A stretch of 64,000 nt of DNA from an uncultured Clostridia bacterium (GTDB taxonomy: Bacteria > Bacillota > Clostridia > Oscillospirales > Ruminococcaceae). The stretch is from positions 59,759 through 123,758 of the forward strand of contig CALCUE010000026.1 in NCBI GenBank assembly GCA_937906945.1, in the 5' to 3' direction. Of this stretch, positions 1 to 9,177 are shown piece after piece (within the stretch, counting starts at the first letter, position 1; each line of letters begins with the position of its first letter). The notes under the pieces were generated by a model, which was given only the letters and a program-made list of their open reading frames with translations, was not told the DNA's origin and ran no database searches. The translations under genes and the position numbers were made by a program.

Positions 1-645
1 TTCACTTCCGTTATGATCGATGGTTCCAAATATAGCTTTGAAGATAATATTGCCCTCACCAGACAGGTCGTTGAATATGCCCACGCCCATGACATCTGCG
101 TAGAAGGTGAATTGGGAACCCTGGCCGGCATTGAGGATGACGTCAACGTCAGCGCGGAAGATTCTTCTTATACCAGACCGGATCAGGTTGAGGAATTTGT
201 GGAAAGAACCGGCGTCGATTCGTTGGCCATCGCCATTGGTACCAGCCACGGAGCCTATAAGTTCAAACCCGGCCACAAACCGATGCTTCGCTTTGATATT
301 CTGGAAGAAGTAGAAAAACGTTTGCCCGGATTCCCGATCGTTCTTCACGGATCTTCTTCCGTTCCGCAGGAATGGGTCAAGGTTGTCAATGAATTCGGCG
401 GCCAGATGCCCGATGCCATTGGTATTCCGGAGGAACTGCTTCGGGAAGCCGCAAAAATGGCTGTCTGCAAGATCAACATCGACTCCGATCTTCGTTTGGT
501 TTGCACCGCGTCCATCCGTGAGCATATGTTTGAGCATCCGGATCACTTTGACCCGAGACAGTATCTCAAACCGGCTCGTGCCAATATCAAAGAGATGGTC
601 CGCCACAAGATCGTCGATGTTCTCGGTTGCAACGGAAAAGCCTAA
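1..645 (+). CDS. fba: Class II fructose-1,6-bisphosphate aldolase, C-terminal part (5' end lies outside the window)
   Basis: The frame is open from base 1 (FTSVMIDGS...). Motifs VEGELGTLAG, IAIGTSHGAYKF and VLHGSSSVP are typical of class II FBA. Stop at 643-645. Confidence 0.9.
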   Translation, partial: FTSVMIDGSKYSFEDNIALTRQVVEYAHAHDICVEGELGTLAGIEDDVNVSAEDSSYTRPDQVEEFVERTGVDSLAIAIGTSHGAYKFKPGHKPMLRFDILEEVEKRLPGFPIVLHGSSSVPQEWVKVVNEFGGQMPDAIGIPEELLREAAKMAVCKINIDSDLRLVCTASIREHMFEHPDHFDPRQYLKPARANIKEMVRHKIVDVLGCNGKA

Positions 646-747
646 ATCAGATAAAATCCCCGATCGGCAATCGGGGATTTTTAAATAATTTGGCCCAAAA
701 TAGCTTGTGCTATAATCTAAAGCAAATAGGATGGGGGTAGCCATTTC

Positions 748-1038
748 ATGAAAAAAGATTTAAAGTGTTTGCGCTGCGGACAAAAAATGAACTATATTAA
801 AAAAGAAAAATTGCAGCTTGGTCAGACGGGTTGGTTACTGGGCGACCTTCCGAATTTAGTGGCGGGGGCGATGGAAGTGGATATTTACACTTGTCCTCAG
901 TGCGGAAAAATCGAATTCTTTTTGGCAGAGGCCGAAAATGATGATGAACTGCCACAGAAGCAATGTCCGAATTGCGGAAAGTGGCACGATTTTGATTATC
1001 CCAAGTGTCCGTTTTGTAAATACGATTATAATGAATAA
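748..1038 (+). CDS. Small double zinc-ribbon protein (hypothetical)
   Basis: 96-aa ORF with four CxxC pairs (CLRC...CPQC; CPNC...CPFC). GGGGG-type RBS upstream, and followed by a strong terminator. Confidence 0.6.
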   Translation: MKKDLKCLRCGQKMNYIKKEKLQLGQTGWLLGDLPNLVAGAMEVDIYTCPQCGKIEFFLAEAENDDELPQKQCPNCGKWHDFDYPKCPFCKYDYNE

Positions 1039-1050
1039 TATTTGAAATAT

Positions 1051-1086
1051 AAAAAAGGCTCTTCCCGAAAGGGAAGAGCCTTTTTC
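1051..1086. terminator. Bidirectional intrinsic terminator between the zinc-ribbon gene and rplL
   Basis: Perfect 10-bp GC-rich stem (ggctcttccc / gggaagagcc) with a GAAA loop, flanked by an A-run and a T-run. Confidence 0.85.
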
Positions 1087-1099
1087 TGCAAATAATAAC

Positions 1100-1477
1100 T
1101 TATTTGACTTCGACGGTAGCGCCAGCTTCTTCGAGTTTCTTTTTGATCTCGTCAGCTTCAGATTCAGAAACGCCTTCTTTGACGGCTTTCGGAATGTTAT
1201 CAACGATCTCTTTGGACTCTTTAAGGCCAAGACCGGTGATTTCTTTGACAGCTTTGATAACAGCCATTTTGGTCTCACCAGCACCGGTAAGAACAACATC
1301 CCAGCTGTCTTTGGTGGCGGCGGCAGGAGCATCAGCAGCAGCAGCGCCGGCGACCATTACGGGAGCATCAGCGGAAACGCCGAATTCCTCGCAGATTGCA
1401 TTTTTGAGTTCGTTAACTTCGAGAATAGAAAGACCTTTGATCTCTTCTACGATTGCCTGAATTTTTTCAGAAGCCAT
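1100..1477 (-). CDS. rplL: 50S ribosomal protein L7/L12
   Basis: 125 aa: [25 protein letters not shown]... Ala-rich hinge ...[19 protein letters not shown]...[22 protein letters not shown]. Confidence 0.97.
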   Translation of the reverse strand: MASEKIQAIVEEIKGLSILEVNELKNAICEEFGVSADAPVMVAGAAAADAPAAATKDSWDVVLTGAGETKMAVIKAVKEITGLGLKESKEIVDNIPKAVKEGVSESEADEIKKKLEEAGATVEVK

Positions 1478-1527
1478 AGTAGTTTACCTCCTGTAATAAT
1501 GTTGGATTGATAATTGTGATAAGATGA

Positions 1528-2049
1528 TTAGGCGGCTTCGCCTTCATCACCGCCGTTTTCTTTTTCAACGATTTTGTTAAGAGCAACGGCGATACCTCTG
1601 ATCGGGCTGACAAGAGCACAAACGAGGGCAGTAAGAATACCTTCTTTGCTCGGCAGTTTGGAGAGGGCGATGACCTCTTTATCGGTCATGACATTGCCTT
1701 CCATAAAGCCTGCTTTGATGGAAAACTTACCGTTGGAATTCTCTGCAAATTTACCAAGGATCTTGGCGGGAGCGATCGGGTCCTCGTTGGAAAGAGCGAG
1801 AGCGGTGCTTCCGGACAGATAAGAGGTAAGACCTTCATAACCTGCTTCCTTAGCGGCAAAACGAAGAATGGAATTCTTGACGACGGCATATTCGACACCG
1901 GCTTCACGAAGATCACGACGGAGCTTCGTATCATCAGCGACATTGATACCAATATAATCGACAAGAACACCGGCCTTAGCGTTTTTCAGCTTTTCGACAA
2001 GCTCTTCAACTGCTTCTTTCTTTGCTTGCAAGATTTTTTCACTGGGCAT
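1528..2049 (-). CDS. rplJ: 50S ribosomal protein L10
   Basis: I start at the internal ATG (MPSEKILQAKKEAVEELVEKLK...), which is preceded by AGGAGG. The longer ORF to 2142 has no RBS and runs into the leader. The sequence is L10-like throughout. Confidence 0.93.
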   Translation of the reverse strand: MPSEKILQAKKEAVEELVEKLKNAKAGVLVDYIGINVADDTKLRRDLREAGVEYAVVKNSILRFAAKEAGYEGLTSYLSGSTALALSNEDPIAPAKILGKFAENSNGKFSIKAGFMEGNVMTDKEVIALSKLPSKEGILTALVCALVSPIRGIAVALNKIVEKENGGDEGEAA

Positions 2050-2207
2050 TAATTTCACCTCCTGCTTTATGATGGGGAGCTGAACATAAAGAAAAGCTCC
2101 CTCCGCGAGCCGTGGAAGGAGCGTAATAACAAAGTATAACACTCATCCTCGGCAGGCCGACAGAATGTCGTTTAAGCGCAGAAACGCACCTGCTGTCTTT
2201 GGACAGC
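2050..2207 (-). promoter_or_regulatory. Probable ribosomal protein L10 leader (autoregulatory 5' UTR of rplJL)
   Basis: About 158-nt structured UTR between a consensus promoter and rplJ, with several hairpins (e.g. gggagct...agctccc just before the RBS). Firmicute rplJL operons are known to carry such a leader. No covariance model was run. Confidence 0.4.
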
Positions 2208-2213
2208 GTTATT

Positions 2214-2242
2214 ATTATAGCTTATCTCTTATACGATGTCAA
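2214..2242 (-). promoter_or_regulatory. Sigma-A type promoter of rplJ-rplL
   Basis: On the minus strand: TTGACA, 17 nt, TATAAT (both hexamers are exact consensus). Confidence 0.7.
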
Positions 2243-2256
2243 GTACTTTTTCTCGA

Positions 2257-3582
2257 TTAAAGACGTTTTTTCTTCTTAAAATTGCCATATTTCCGATGAT
2301 TATAGTTTCGGATGATCATCAGGAGAACATAGAGAATAATAAGGATCCCGAGGAAACACAGAATGAATTTGAACCAAAAAGAACGGGTCATATCGGAAAA
2401 GTTTTTAAGTCCGCTCAGAAGTTCGCTTTGCTCGACGGATTCTCCGGCGACAAGGGGAACGGTTCCAATGATCTCACCGGCAAGTACCAGATTAAGGTTG
2501 CCGATTTTTTCACCATCTTCGATAGGCGCTTCGACGGATTCAGGAAGATCATAGGTATAACTGATGGACGAGACATCAATATCAATGGGAAGGAGAGTGC
2601 GGTATGTCTCACCGATTACAAGAGGCAGATGATCTTTCTGCCAGGCAAGCTCCAACGGAACTTCGGCGATCTGGGAACCGGATTCCACAATCGTTTTCAC
2701 TTCAAACTCAGTGAAAGCCCACATATAAAGGCTTTTGGCGTCAACGAAGGCAAGGTTGAAACCGTCATCCAACTCATAAGGGGCACCGAGGTCAACTTGA
2801 TAGTAGGAGAATCCTTCATATTCCGCGTAGGAAACCACGTTCCGTCCTATGTCCGAGCTGAAACCGGCTTTAATACCGGTAACAGGAGAATAATAGTGAA
2901 TGTTTCCGCTGACGATCAGCCCGTTGAACGAGTTCCAAATCAGCTTCTGGTGCGTATCGGTCGCCTCACAAATATAAGAAGTTTTGGAGACGGCTTCCCG
3001 GAATTTATCCAATCCCATCGCGTAGCGGGAAATCAGGTACATATCATAAGCCGTCGTGTAGTTGGCGGTATTATGAAGACCGTGGCAGTTGGTAAAATTG
3101 GTATCTTTGGCACCGATTTCCATTGCCTTTTCATTCATCATTTCCACAAAAGTGTCCTCGTCACCAGCTACAATTTCCGCGAGGATCAAAGCCGCGTCAT
3201 AACCGGCGGCAACGGTCAGGTCATAAAACAATTCTTCGGCGGTGAAAACGTCACCGGAAAGCATGCCGGTGGCAATAATGCCATGACGATTATCATAGAG
3301 AAAGTTCTGGATGGCCATATCATAGACGCCCTGTTTTTCCCAACCGCCGGCTTGTTCAATGTTTTCAATAACGACGATAGCAGTCATGATCTGAGTCAGT
3401 TCGGCTGGATACATTCTTTGATGGGCGTTCTGCTCAAAAAGGACGTTTCCGTTCTCATCCGCCAGATAGATTGCTTCGGAATGCAGTTCGCAGGAAGGAA
3501 CATATTGCATGGTTGCCAGGGCCTGTACGGCAAAAGATAAAGTGAAAATGAGGGCAAGAAGAACGGAAATCGCTTTTTTCAT
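2257..3582 (-). CDS. Peptidase S11 (PBP5/DacA-type D-Ala-D-Ala carboxypeptidase) homologue with a signal peptide and a C-terminal TM anchor; catalytic motifs are degenerate
   Basis: MKKAISVLLALIFTLSFAVQALA signal. Collinear with DacA by eye (NAHQRMYPAELTQIMT, LAEIVAGDEDTFVEMMNEKA, TGIKAGFS). GGAGG RBS before the ATG at 3582. C-terminal hydrophobic helix plus a KKKKRL tail. Confidence 0.85.
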   Translation of the reverse strand: MKKAISVLLALIFTLSFAVQALATMQYVPSCELHSEAIYLADENGNVLFEQNAHQRMYPAELTQIMTAIVVIENIEQAGGWEKQGVYDMAIQNFLYDNRHGIIATGMLSGDVFTAEELFYDLTVAAGYDAALILAEIVAGDEDTFVEMMNEKAMEIGAKDTNFTNCHGLHNTANYTTAYDMYLISRYAMGLDKFREAVSKTSYICEATDTHQKLIWNSFNGLIVSGNIHYYSPVTGIKAGFSSDIGRNVVSYAEYEGFSYYQVDLGAPYELDDGFNLAFVDAKSLYMWAFTEFEVKTIVESGSQIAEVPLELAWQKDHLPLVIGETYRTLLPIDIDVSSISYTYDLPESVEAPIEDGEKIGNLNLVLAGEIIGTVPLVAGESVEQSELLSGLKNFSDMTRSFWFKFILCFLGILIILYVLLMIIRNYNHRKYGNFKKKKRL

Positions 3583-3769
3583 AAATTCCTCCGAAAACAA
3601 TCAAAATTTTATGTCAAAAAAGAAGAGAAAAGCAAAAAAATATTGCGAAAAGGGTGTCCAATTTGTTATACTGTCATTATAGCAAAAAAAAACACGAATG
3701 GGAATAGTTTCTTTTAATATTATAGAAAATTAATAGAATGTTAAATTTTAATCCGTAGCGGAGGATACT

Positions 3770-4441
3770 ATGATCTATATTACAGGGGATACACATGGCG
3801 ATCTTTCCAGATTGAAGACGGCAAAACTGAAAAAAGGCGATACGCTGATCGTTTGCGGCGATTTCGGCTTTGTTTGGGATGGTTCAAAAGAAGAATTAAA
3901 ACATCTGGATTGGCTTTCCAAAAGAAAATATCAGATTCTTTTTGTGGAAGGCGCTCACGAGAATTTTGAGATGCTCAGCCAATATCCACAGATGGATTTT
4001 TGTGGTGGTCGGGCTCGACAGATTGCGGGAAATATTTATCAGCTGATGCGCGGCGAAATTTTTACCATTGAAAACAAGAAAATTTTGGCTTTTGGCGGCG
4101 GTGACGATGAGGAAAGGGAACTTTCAGAAATCAAAGAAGCACCGGATTTTCAGAGACTTCCCACGGAAAAAGAGTGCGATCATTCCCGTCAGATTCTTGA
4201 TGAATGTCATCATACGGTAGATTATATCGTCACGTATGACGTCGGATTTAAGCTTCGAAGTATGCTTCGGATGGAGAGCAACTGTTTCAATAATCTGCAT
4301 GCTTATCTGAATGAAGTGGCGGCCACCTGCCAATATAAAACATGGTTTTTCGGATGTTTCCATATGGATTTGAAAATTCCGCCGGTCTATCACGCCGTAT
4401 ATAAGAATATATATGAAATAGAAAGCGGAAAAGAACTTTGA
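3770..4441 (+). CDS. Metallophosphoesterase (calcineurin-like) family protein
   Basis: MIYITGDTHGD...LIVCGDFGFVWDG...EGAHENF motifs. GGAGG RBS. Confidence 0.8.
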   Translation: MIYITGDTHGDLSRLKTAKLKKGDTLIVCGDFGFVWDGSKEELKHLDWLSKRKYQILFVEGAHENFEMLSQYPQMDFCGGRARQIAGNIYQLMRGEIFTIENKKILAFGGGDDEERELSEIKEAPDFQRLPTEKECDHSRQILDECHHTVDYIVTYDVGFKLRSMLRMESNCFNNLHAYLNEVAATCQYKTWFFGCFHMDLKIPPVYHAVYKNIYEIESGKEL

Positions 4442-4447
4442 TCACGG

Positions 4448-4476
4448 TTGACATTCCGACAGAGATTTGTTAAAAT
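4448..4476 (+). promoter_or_regulatory. Sigma-A type promoter driving the Mn riboswitch and mntP
   Basis: TTGACA, 17 nt, TAAAAT. Confidence 0.6.
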
Positions 4477-4477
4477 A

Positions 4478-4600
4478 AACGGGAATAAGGGAGTAGTCGG
4501 CGCAAAAGCGTAGCTTTGCCAACATACTGGATCTATCCTGGCTTGGCTTTAAATGATGAGACTTATCCGCATTTTATTGTATGCGGATAAGTCTTTTTTA
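4478..4600 (+). promoter_or_regulatory. yybP-ykoY (Mn2+) riboswitch with a terminator expression platform
   Basis: Conserved blocks AAGGGAGTAG, TTGCCAACATAC and GAGACTTATCC. The 3' strand of P1 overlaps the 5' arm of a 13-bp terminator hairpin (gacttatccgcat/atgcggataagtc) followed by T6. It sits directly upstream of mntP, the classic genomic context. Confidence 0.8.
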
Positions 4601-4619
4601 TTTTATCGGAGGAAAAATC

Positions 4620-5177
4620 ATGTCTTTTTTTGAACTTTTTGTCATAGGGATCGGTCTTTCTATGGATGCCTTCGCCGTTTCGATCTGCAAGGGGCTTTCT
4701 GTAGGAAAAATCCGATATAAACATATGCTTTTGGCAGGACTTTGGTTTGGAGGATTTCAGGCACTGATGCCTTTGATCGGTTACTTTCTGGGTTCGGCTT
4801 TTGAACGGTATGTGGTAAGCGTTGATCATTGGATCGCGTTTATTCTTTTGAGCATCATTGGCGGAAACATGATCAAAGAATCCAGGGAAAGCGATGGTGA
4901 ACAAAATGATTCTTTTGCTTTTCTGACGATGTTGCTTTTAGCGGTAGCGACAAGCATCGACGCTTTGGCGGTTGGCATTACGTTCGCTTTTTTACAGGTG
5001 AATATCTGGCTTGCCATCACGATTATCGGCTGCACGACTTTCTTTTGCTCGGTCATTGGGGTAAAGGTGGGAAGTATTTTCGGTACCAAATATAAATCCA
5101 AAGCGGAATTTTTTGGAGGCGCGGTTTTGGTCGCTATGGGAATAAAAATTCTGATTGAACACCTGTTTTTCTCGTAA
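4620..5177 (+). CDS. mntP: Manganese efflux pump MntP
   Basis: [21 protein letters not shown]... with a duplicated ...[13 protein letters not shown] motif; six-TM pattern. GGAGG RBS before the ATG at 4620. Confidence 0.9.
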   Translation: MSFFELFVIGIGLSMDAFAVSICKGLSVGKIRYKHMLLAGLWFGGFQALMPLIGYFLGSAFERYVVSVDHWIAFILLSIIGGNMIKESRESDGEQNDSFAFLTMLLLAVATSIDALAVGITFAFLQVNIWLAITIIGCTTFFCSVIGVKVGSIFGTKYKSKAEFFGGAVLVAMGIKILIEHLFFS

Positions 5178-5199
5178 ATAACAATGTAAAGTGAAATAC

Positions 5200-5250
5200 C
5201 TACACAAGCAAAAAAAGAGCGGTAATACCGCTCTTTTTTTGCTTGTGTAG
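5200..5250. terminator. Bidirectional intrinsic terminator (51-nt near-perfect palindrome) between mntP and spo0A
   Basis: ctacacaagcaaaaaaagagcggt-aat-accgctctttttttgcttgtgtag. The GC core is flanked by an A-run and a T-run that lie inside the extended stem. Confidence 0.85.
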
Positions 5251-5254
5251 GGAA

Positions 5255-6022
5255 TCAGCCGGCTTTCGTGCCGATGCGAAGCTTGTCGGCGATCAGCGCG
5301 ATAAATTCTGAGTTCGTGGGTTTTCCTTTTCCGCTATGTATTGTGTAACCAAAGTAGGAATTCAGGACATCAACGTCACCACGATCCCATGCGACCTCGA
5401 TGGCGTGACGAATGGCCCGCTCCACACGGGATGAAGTGGTGCTGTGCTTTTTAGCGACGGAAGGATATAAGCATTTGGTTACGGAATTCATAATATCAAT
5501 GTCATCCACCGCCATCATAATGGCTTCTCGCAGATAATGATATCCTTTGATGTGGGCCGGAACACCGATTTGGTGGATGATATCGGTAACGATCACTTCC
5601 ATATTGGAAGGTTCTTTAGAAGCGGCAGAGACAACCGAGCCAGCCGCGTTGATGTAAAAACTGTGAATCCGTTCAGCCAACGCCGAAAAATTGAGGGGAC
5701 GAATGAAGCAATAAGCGGCACCGGCTGAAAGAAGTTCCTGCTCCAAAATGGCGTTATTAGCGGGAACGATGACCATGAAAAGGGGAATGGCGTCACCGAG
5801 GGTCAATTTCGCTTTTTCGATGACACCGATCATATCAAGCGTAGAAAGAAAAGCACTGCCCAAAACGACGTCAGGTTTGTGCTCAAAAATCGTGCTCAAC
5901 AGTTCCGCTCCGTCTTTTTTGGCAAAAGAAAGAGAAAATTCCGTGGGACTTAAAACGTCACGACAGGCGTGACAAAAATCTTCTTCCTCATCTGCGATTA
6001 AAATTTTGATTTTCTTTTCCAT
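5255..6022 (-). CDS. spo0A: Sporulation master regulator Spo0A orthologue (atypical receiver domain)
   Basis: The C-terminal domain is unmistakable: [53 protein letters not shown]. It lies immediately downstream of spoIVB. I start at [11 protein letters not shown] (an alternative ATG at 6040 adds 6 aa). Confidence 0.92.
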   Translation of the reverse strand: MEKKIKILIADEEEDFCHACRDVLSPTEFSLSFAKKDGAELLSTIFEHKPDVVLGSAFLSTLDMIGVIEKAKLTLGDAIPLFMVIVPANNAILEQELLSAGAAYCFIRPLNFSALAERIHSFYINAAGSVVSAASKEPSNMEVIVTDIIHQIGVPAHIKGYHYLREAIMMAVDDIDIMNSVTKCLYPSVAKKHSTTSSRVERAIRHAIEVAWDRGDVDVLNSYFGYTIHSGKGKPTNSEFIALIADKLRIGTKAG

Positions 6023-6191
6023 AATTTCGTCCTTCTCCATACATTTTGTTCTTTTAAGGCTATTTTTCCTGTATGGTGGAAAAATAATCCTAAAATTGTA
6101 AATATTTACCATTCCGTCATTTAGATTACCACTTTTTTACAAATTGTCAAGAGGTTTCCAAAAAAATTCCAAAAAAAGGAAATTAAAAGAC

Positions 6192-7406
6192 TCATTCAAA
6201 AAGAGAGGATGCGGTTTGCCACATATTTTCGGCAAAAATCGCGTATCCTTTGGTGGGATCGTTGACAAAAACATGGGTAACCGCACCGACTAGTTTTCCG
6301 TTCTGGAGAATGGGACTGCCGCTCATGCCCTGGATGATGCCTCCGGTTTGTTCCAAAAGTTCCGGATCCGTCACACGGATGACCATGTTTTTAGTTGGAC
6401 TTTTTTCCGCTAAAGAAACTTTTTCAATTTGAATGGTGTATTCCTTTGCTTCGCTGCCGCTGATGGTGGAAAGAATGGTCGCCTCACCCTCGCGGATCGC
6501 TTGTTTGGGAGCGATAGGAACGGAAGAACCTTGCGGTTCGGCAAGCAGTGTTCCATATACGCCGGTTTCGTTGTTGATTTTTAGGATACCAATGGTTTCC
6601 GCCATGAAAAAATTTCCAACTAATTCACCGGGTTTGCCGGATTTTCCTTTTTTTACTGAGGATATGATGGCGGGAACTACATCGCCATTTAAGAGAGGAA
6701 GGACGTTTCCGGTATCGGTATCACAGATAGCGTGACCTAAACCGGCGAATATTCCGATTTCCGGATCGCAAAACGTCATGGTGCCGATTCCGGCGGAACT
6801 GTCGCGCACCCAGAACCCGACTTTATAACCGCTTCCATCGGAAGCTTTTTCCGGGATGATGGTGACGCTGAGAGGTTTTCCGTCCCGCTCCAAAGAGAAA
6901 GACAGGGATTGACCATCGCTGGATTGAATCGTTGCCGCCACATCTTCATTGGTAAAAACGGTTTGTCCATCGATGGAATGGATGACATCTCCCTCCTGGA
7001 TACCGGCGTTGGCGGCAGGGCAGAGCATTCCTTCGGAAGTCGGAATAGGGGAAAGGCTGACGATCATTACACCATCCGTGAACATCTTTACCCCAAAGGG
7101 AGTACCGCAAACGGTGACGGTTTTATCGTTCAAAGGCTCTATGTGAGCGGCTTTGACGGGAATCAGGCCAAAAAGATCAATTTCGGTTTTTCTGGGCACC
7201 GTTTCGGAAGAAAAAACAAGGCTAGTCGAGGAACGTGTATTTTGAAAAGAGAGAAGCGGACGGTACGATTCGGGAAATTGCAGATCGTTGCTTTGTGAAA
7301 AATAGTAGGTATCGGGTAAAGTGGTTTGAAAAAAGCAAAGCAGGCCTAAAATCAGAACGATACAAGCAATCAGGGCGCAGGAAAAACGGCGATAAATTTG
7401 ATACAA
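6192..7406 (-). CDS. spoIVB: SpoIVB signalling serine peptidase (S55) with a PDZ domain
   Basis: N-terminal TM, PDZ-like (GIQEGDVIHSIDGQ), GTMTFCDPE...GLGHAI and GMSGSPILQNGKLVGAVTHVF catalytic blocks. I prefer the TTG at 7406 (GGAGG 8 nt upstream); the ORF stays open to a TTG at 7475. Confidence 0.9.
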   Translation of the reverse strand: MYQIYRRFSCALIACIVLILGLLCFFQTTLPDTYYFSQSNDLQFPESYRPLLSFQNTRSSTSLVFSSETVPRKTEIDLFGLIPVKAAHIEPLNDKTVTVCGTPFGVKMFTDGVMIVSLSPIPTSEGMLCPAANAGIQEGDVIHSIDGQTVFTNEDVAATIQSSDGQSLSFSLERDGKPLSVTIIPEKASDGSGYKVGFWVRDSSAGIGTMTFCDPEIGIFAGLGHAICDTDTGNVLPLLNGDVVPAIISSVKKGKSGKPGELVGNFFMAETIGILKINNETGVYGTLLAEPQGSSVPIAPKQAIREGEATILSTISGSEAKEYTIQIEKVSLAEKSPTKNMVIRVTDPELLEQTGGIIQGMSGSPILQNGKLVGAVTHVFVNDPTKGYAIFAENMWQTASSLFE

Positions 7407-7537
7407 CGAAAACACCTCCGAAAATAGTGTTTCGTAATTTACTTTTTCTATGAGAGGCAAAGTTTTGCTTGCCAAAAAGGAGAAAAACGCATATAATATT
7501 TGTTAAAGAATAAATATTAAATTTTTATAAAAAACGC

Positions 7538-7567
7538 TTGACGAATGGGAACTCTTTGTGGTATAGT
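7538..7567 (+). promoter_or_regulatory. Candidate promoter of rpmG-secE-nusG
   Basis: TTGACG, 18 nt, TATAGT. Confidence 0.4.
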
Positions 7568-7660
7568 TAATATACCTCTAAAAGGGTTATTTTTTTGCGT
7601 AAAAAACCGCGTCCTTTTAATTGAGGGAGGCAAAAATTCCAAGAATCAGGAGGTGCCGCA

Positions 7661-7810
7661 ATGCGAGTCAAAATAGTGTTGGCCTGCACAGAGTGCAAAC
7701 AACGCAACTACACTACCATGAAAAACAAAAAGAACGATCCGGACAGACTTGAGATGAAAAAATACTGCAGATTCTGTCGGAAACACACGCTCCACAGAGA
7801 GACTAAGTGA
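7661..7810 (+). CDS. rpmG: 50S ribosomal protein L33 (zinc-binding form)
   Basis: 49-aa ORF absent from the supplied track because it is under 60 aa: [58 protein letters not shown]. Canonical position before secE. Confidence 0.93.
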   Translation: MRVKIVLACTECKQRNYTTMKNKKNDPDRLEMKKYCRFCRKHTLHRETK

Positions 7811-7828
7811 GGAAAGGAAGGTACTGCC

Positions 7829-8050
7829 GTGGCTACTGAAAAAACTGCGAAAAAACCGTCCGTCTTCGCTAAAATCGGTCGATTCTTCAAAGACATTGTT
7901 GGTGAGCTGAAAAAGGTCGTATGGCCCAGCAAAAAACAGGTCATCAACAATACCATTGTTGTAATCGTTGTCGTCATTCTCTCTTCGTTGGGGATCAGCT
8001 TGATCGATTATTTCTTCGGTCTGATTCTTAAGCTGTTCTTCGGCTCTTAA
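7829..8050 (+). CDS. secE: Preprotein translocase subunit SecE
   Basis: 73 aa with a GTG start after GGAAAGGAAGG. ...ELKKVVWPSKKQV... followed by a single TM helix. Confidence 0.9.
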   Translation: MATEKTAKKPSVFAKIGRFFKDIVGELKKVVWPSKKQVINNTIVVIVVVILSSLGISLIDYFFGLILKLFFGS

Positions 8051-8068
8051 TGAGAAAGGAACAATCTT

Positions 8069-8590
8069 ATGGCTGAAACTCCTAAATGGTATGTTGTCCA
8101 TACGTATTCCGGTTATGAAAATAAAGTAGCCGGAAACATTGAAAAAGTCATTGAAAACCCGCGTTTTCATGATTTTATTTTCGATGTAAGCGTACCTACC
8201 GAAACGGTCGTTGAGGTAAATGACAACAAAAAACGTGAAGTGGAACGTAAAATTTTCCCTGGTTATGTCCTTGTCAAGATGATCCTTACCGATGAATCTT
8301 GGTACGTTGTAAGAAATACCCGTGGCGTTACCGGTTTCGTGGGTCCGGCTTCCAAGCCTGTCCCGCTGACGGATGAAGAAGTCGCTAAATTGGGTATTGG
8401 TTCCAAGACGGTTGAACTGAAGTATGCCGTAGGAGACATCGTATCGATTATCGGCGGCCCGCTCGAAGGTTTTGACGGAAAGGTCGAGTCTATCGACGTT
8501 CCGAACAACAAAGTTCGCGTGATCGTTTCCATGTTCGGAAGAGACACGCCGGTCGAGCTGGAGCTTGAACAGGCGGCCTGCAAAGATTGA
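8069..8590 (+). CDS. nusG: Transcription termination/antitermination factor NusG
   Basis: WYVVHTYSGYENKV, FPGYVLVKM and a KOW-like GDIVSIIGGPLEGFDGKVESID. Confidence 0.96.
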   Translation: MAETPKWYVVHTYSGYENKVAGNIEKVIENPRFHDFIFDVSVPTETVVEVNDNKKREVERKIFPGYVLVKMILTDESWYVVRNTRGVTGFVGPASKPVPLTDEEVAKLGIGSKTVELKYAVGDIVSIIGGPLEGFDGKVESIDVPNNKVRVIVSMFGRDTPVELELEQAACKD

Positions 8591-8733
8591 AAATCTTTTT
8601 GAGGTAGTCGGTCTTTAACAGCAAAAAAGAAGACCGGCGAACGCAAGACAAAGAGTTCTTGCGTGTGGGAGGAACCGAAAATTTTTCTGAATCGGCTCCG
8701 CTTGACCACATAATGGTTGGAGGTTTGAAAACA

Positions 8734-9159
8734 ATGGCACAAAAAGTTATTGGCTTAATCAAGCTGCAAATTCCGGCCGGAAAAGCTACTCCGGCTCCGC
8801 CTGTTGGCCCCGCACTTGGCCAGCATGGTGTTAACATCATGGCATTTACGAAAGAGTTCAACGAGCGTACCAAAAATGATATTGGTATGATCACTCCTGT
8901 TGTCATCACCGTTTACGCTGACCACAGCTTCTCTTTCATCACCAAAACTCCCCCGGCTGCTGTTCTTATCAAGAAAGCTGCCAATATCAACAAGGCTTCC
9001 GGCGCTCCGAACAAGACCAAGGTTGCCAAAATTACTTCTGAACAATGCCGTAAAATTGCTGAAACCAAGATGCCTGACCTGAATGCCGCATCCGTTGAAG
9101 CAGCAATGAGCATGGTTGCCGGTACTGCCCGTTCCATGGGTATTACCGTTGAAGACTGA
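8734..9159 (+). CDS. rplK: 50S ribosomal protein L11
   Basis: [51 protein letters not shown] before the ATG at 8734; the upstream extension of the ORF is non-coding. Confidence 0.96.
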   Translation: MAQKVIGLIKLQIPAGKATPAPPVGPALGQHGVNIMAFTKEFNERTKNDIGMITPVVITVYADHSFSFITKTPPAAVLIKKAANINKASGAPNKTKVAKITSEQCRKIAETKMPDLNAASVEAAMSMVAGTARSMGITVED

Positions 9160-9177
9160 TGAGGGAGGTTAGCAGGA

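Noticed and set aside
7646-8170. 174-aa minus-strand ORF spanning rpmG, secE and the nusG start
   Set aside because: It overlaps three canonical, RBS-preceded plus-strand genes and has no homology features.
8591-8733. Hairpin (ggtctt...aagacc) between nusG and rplK as a terminator or L11 leader
   Set aside because: The stem is short and not followed by a T-run, and I cannot recognise the L1/L11 regulatory structure by eye. Left unannotated.
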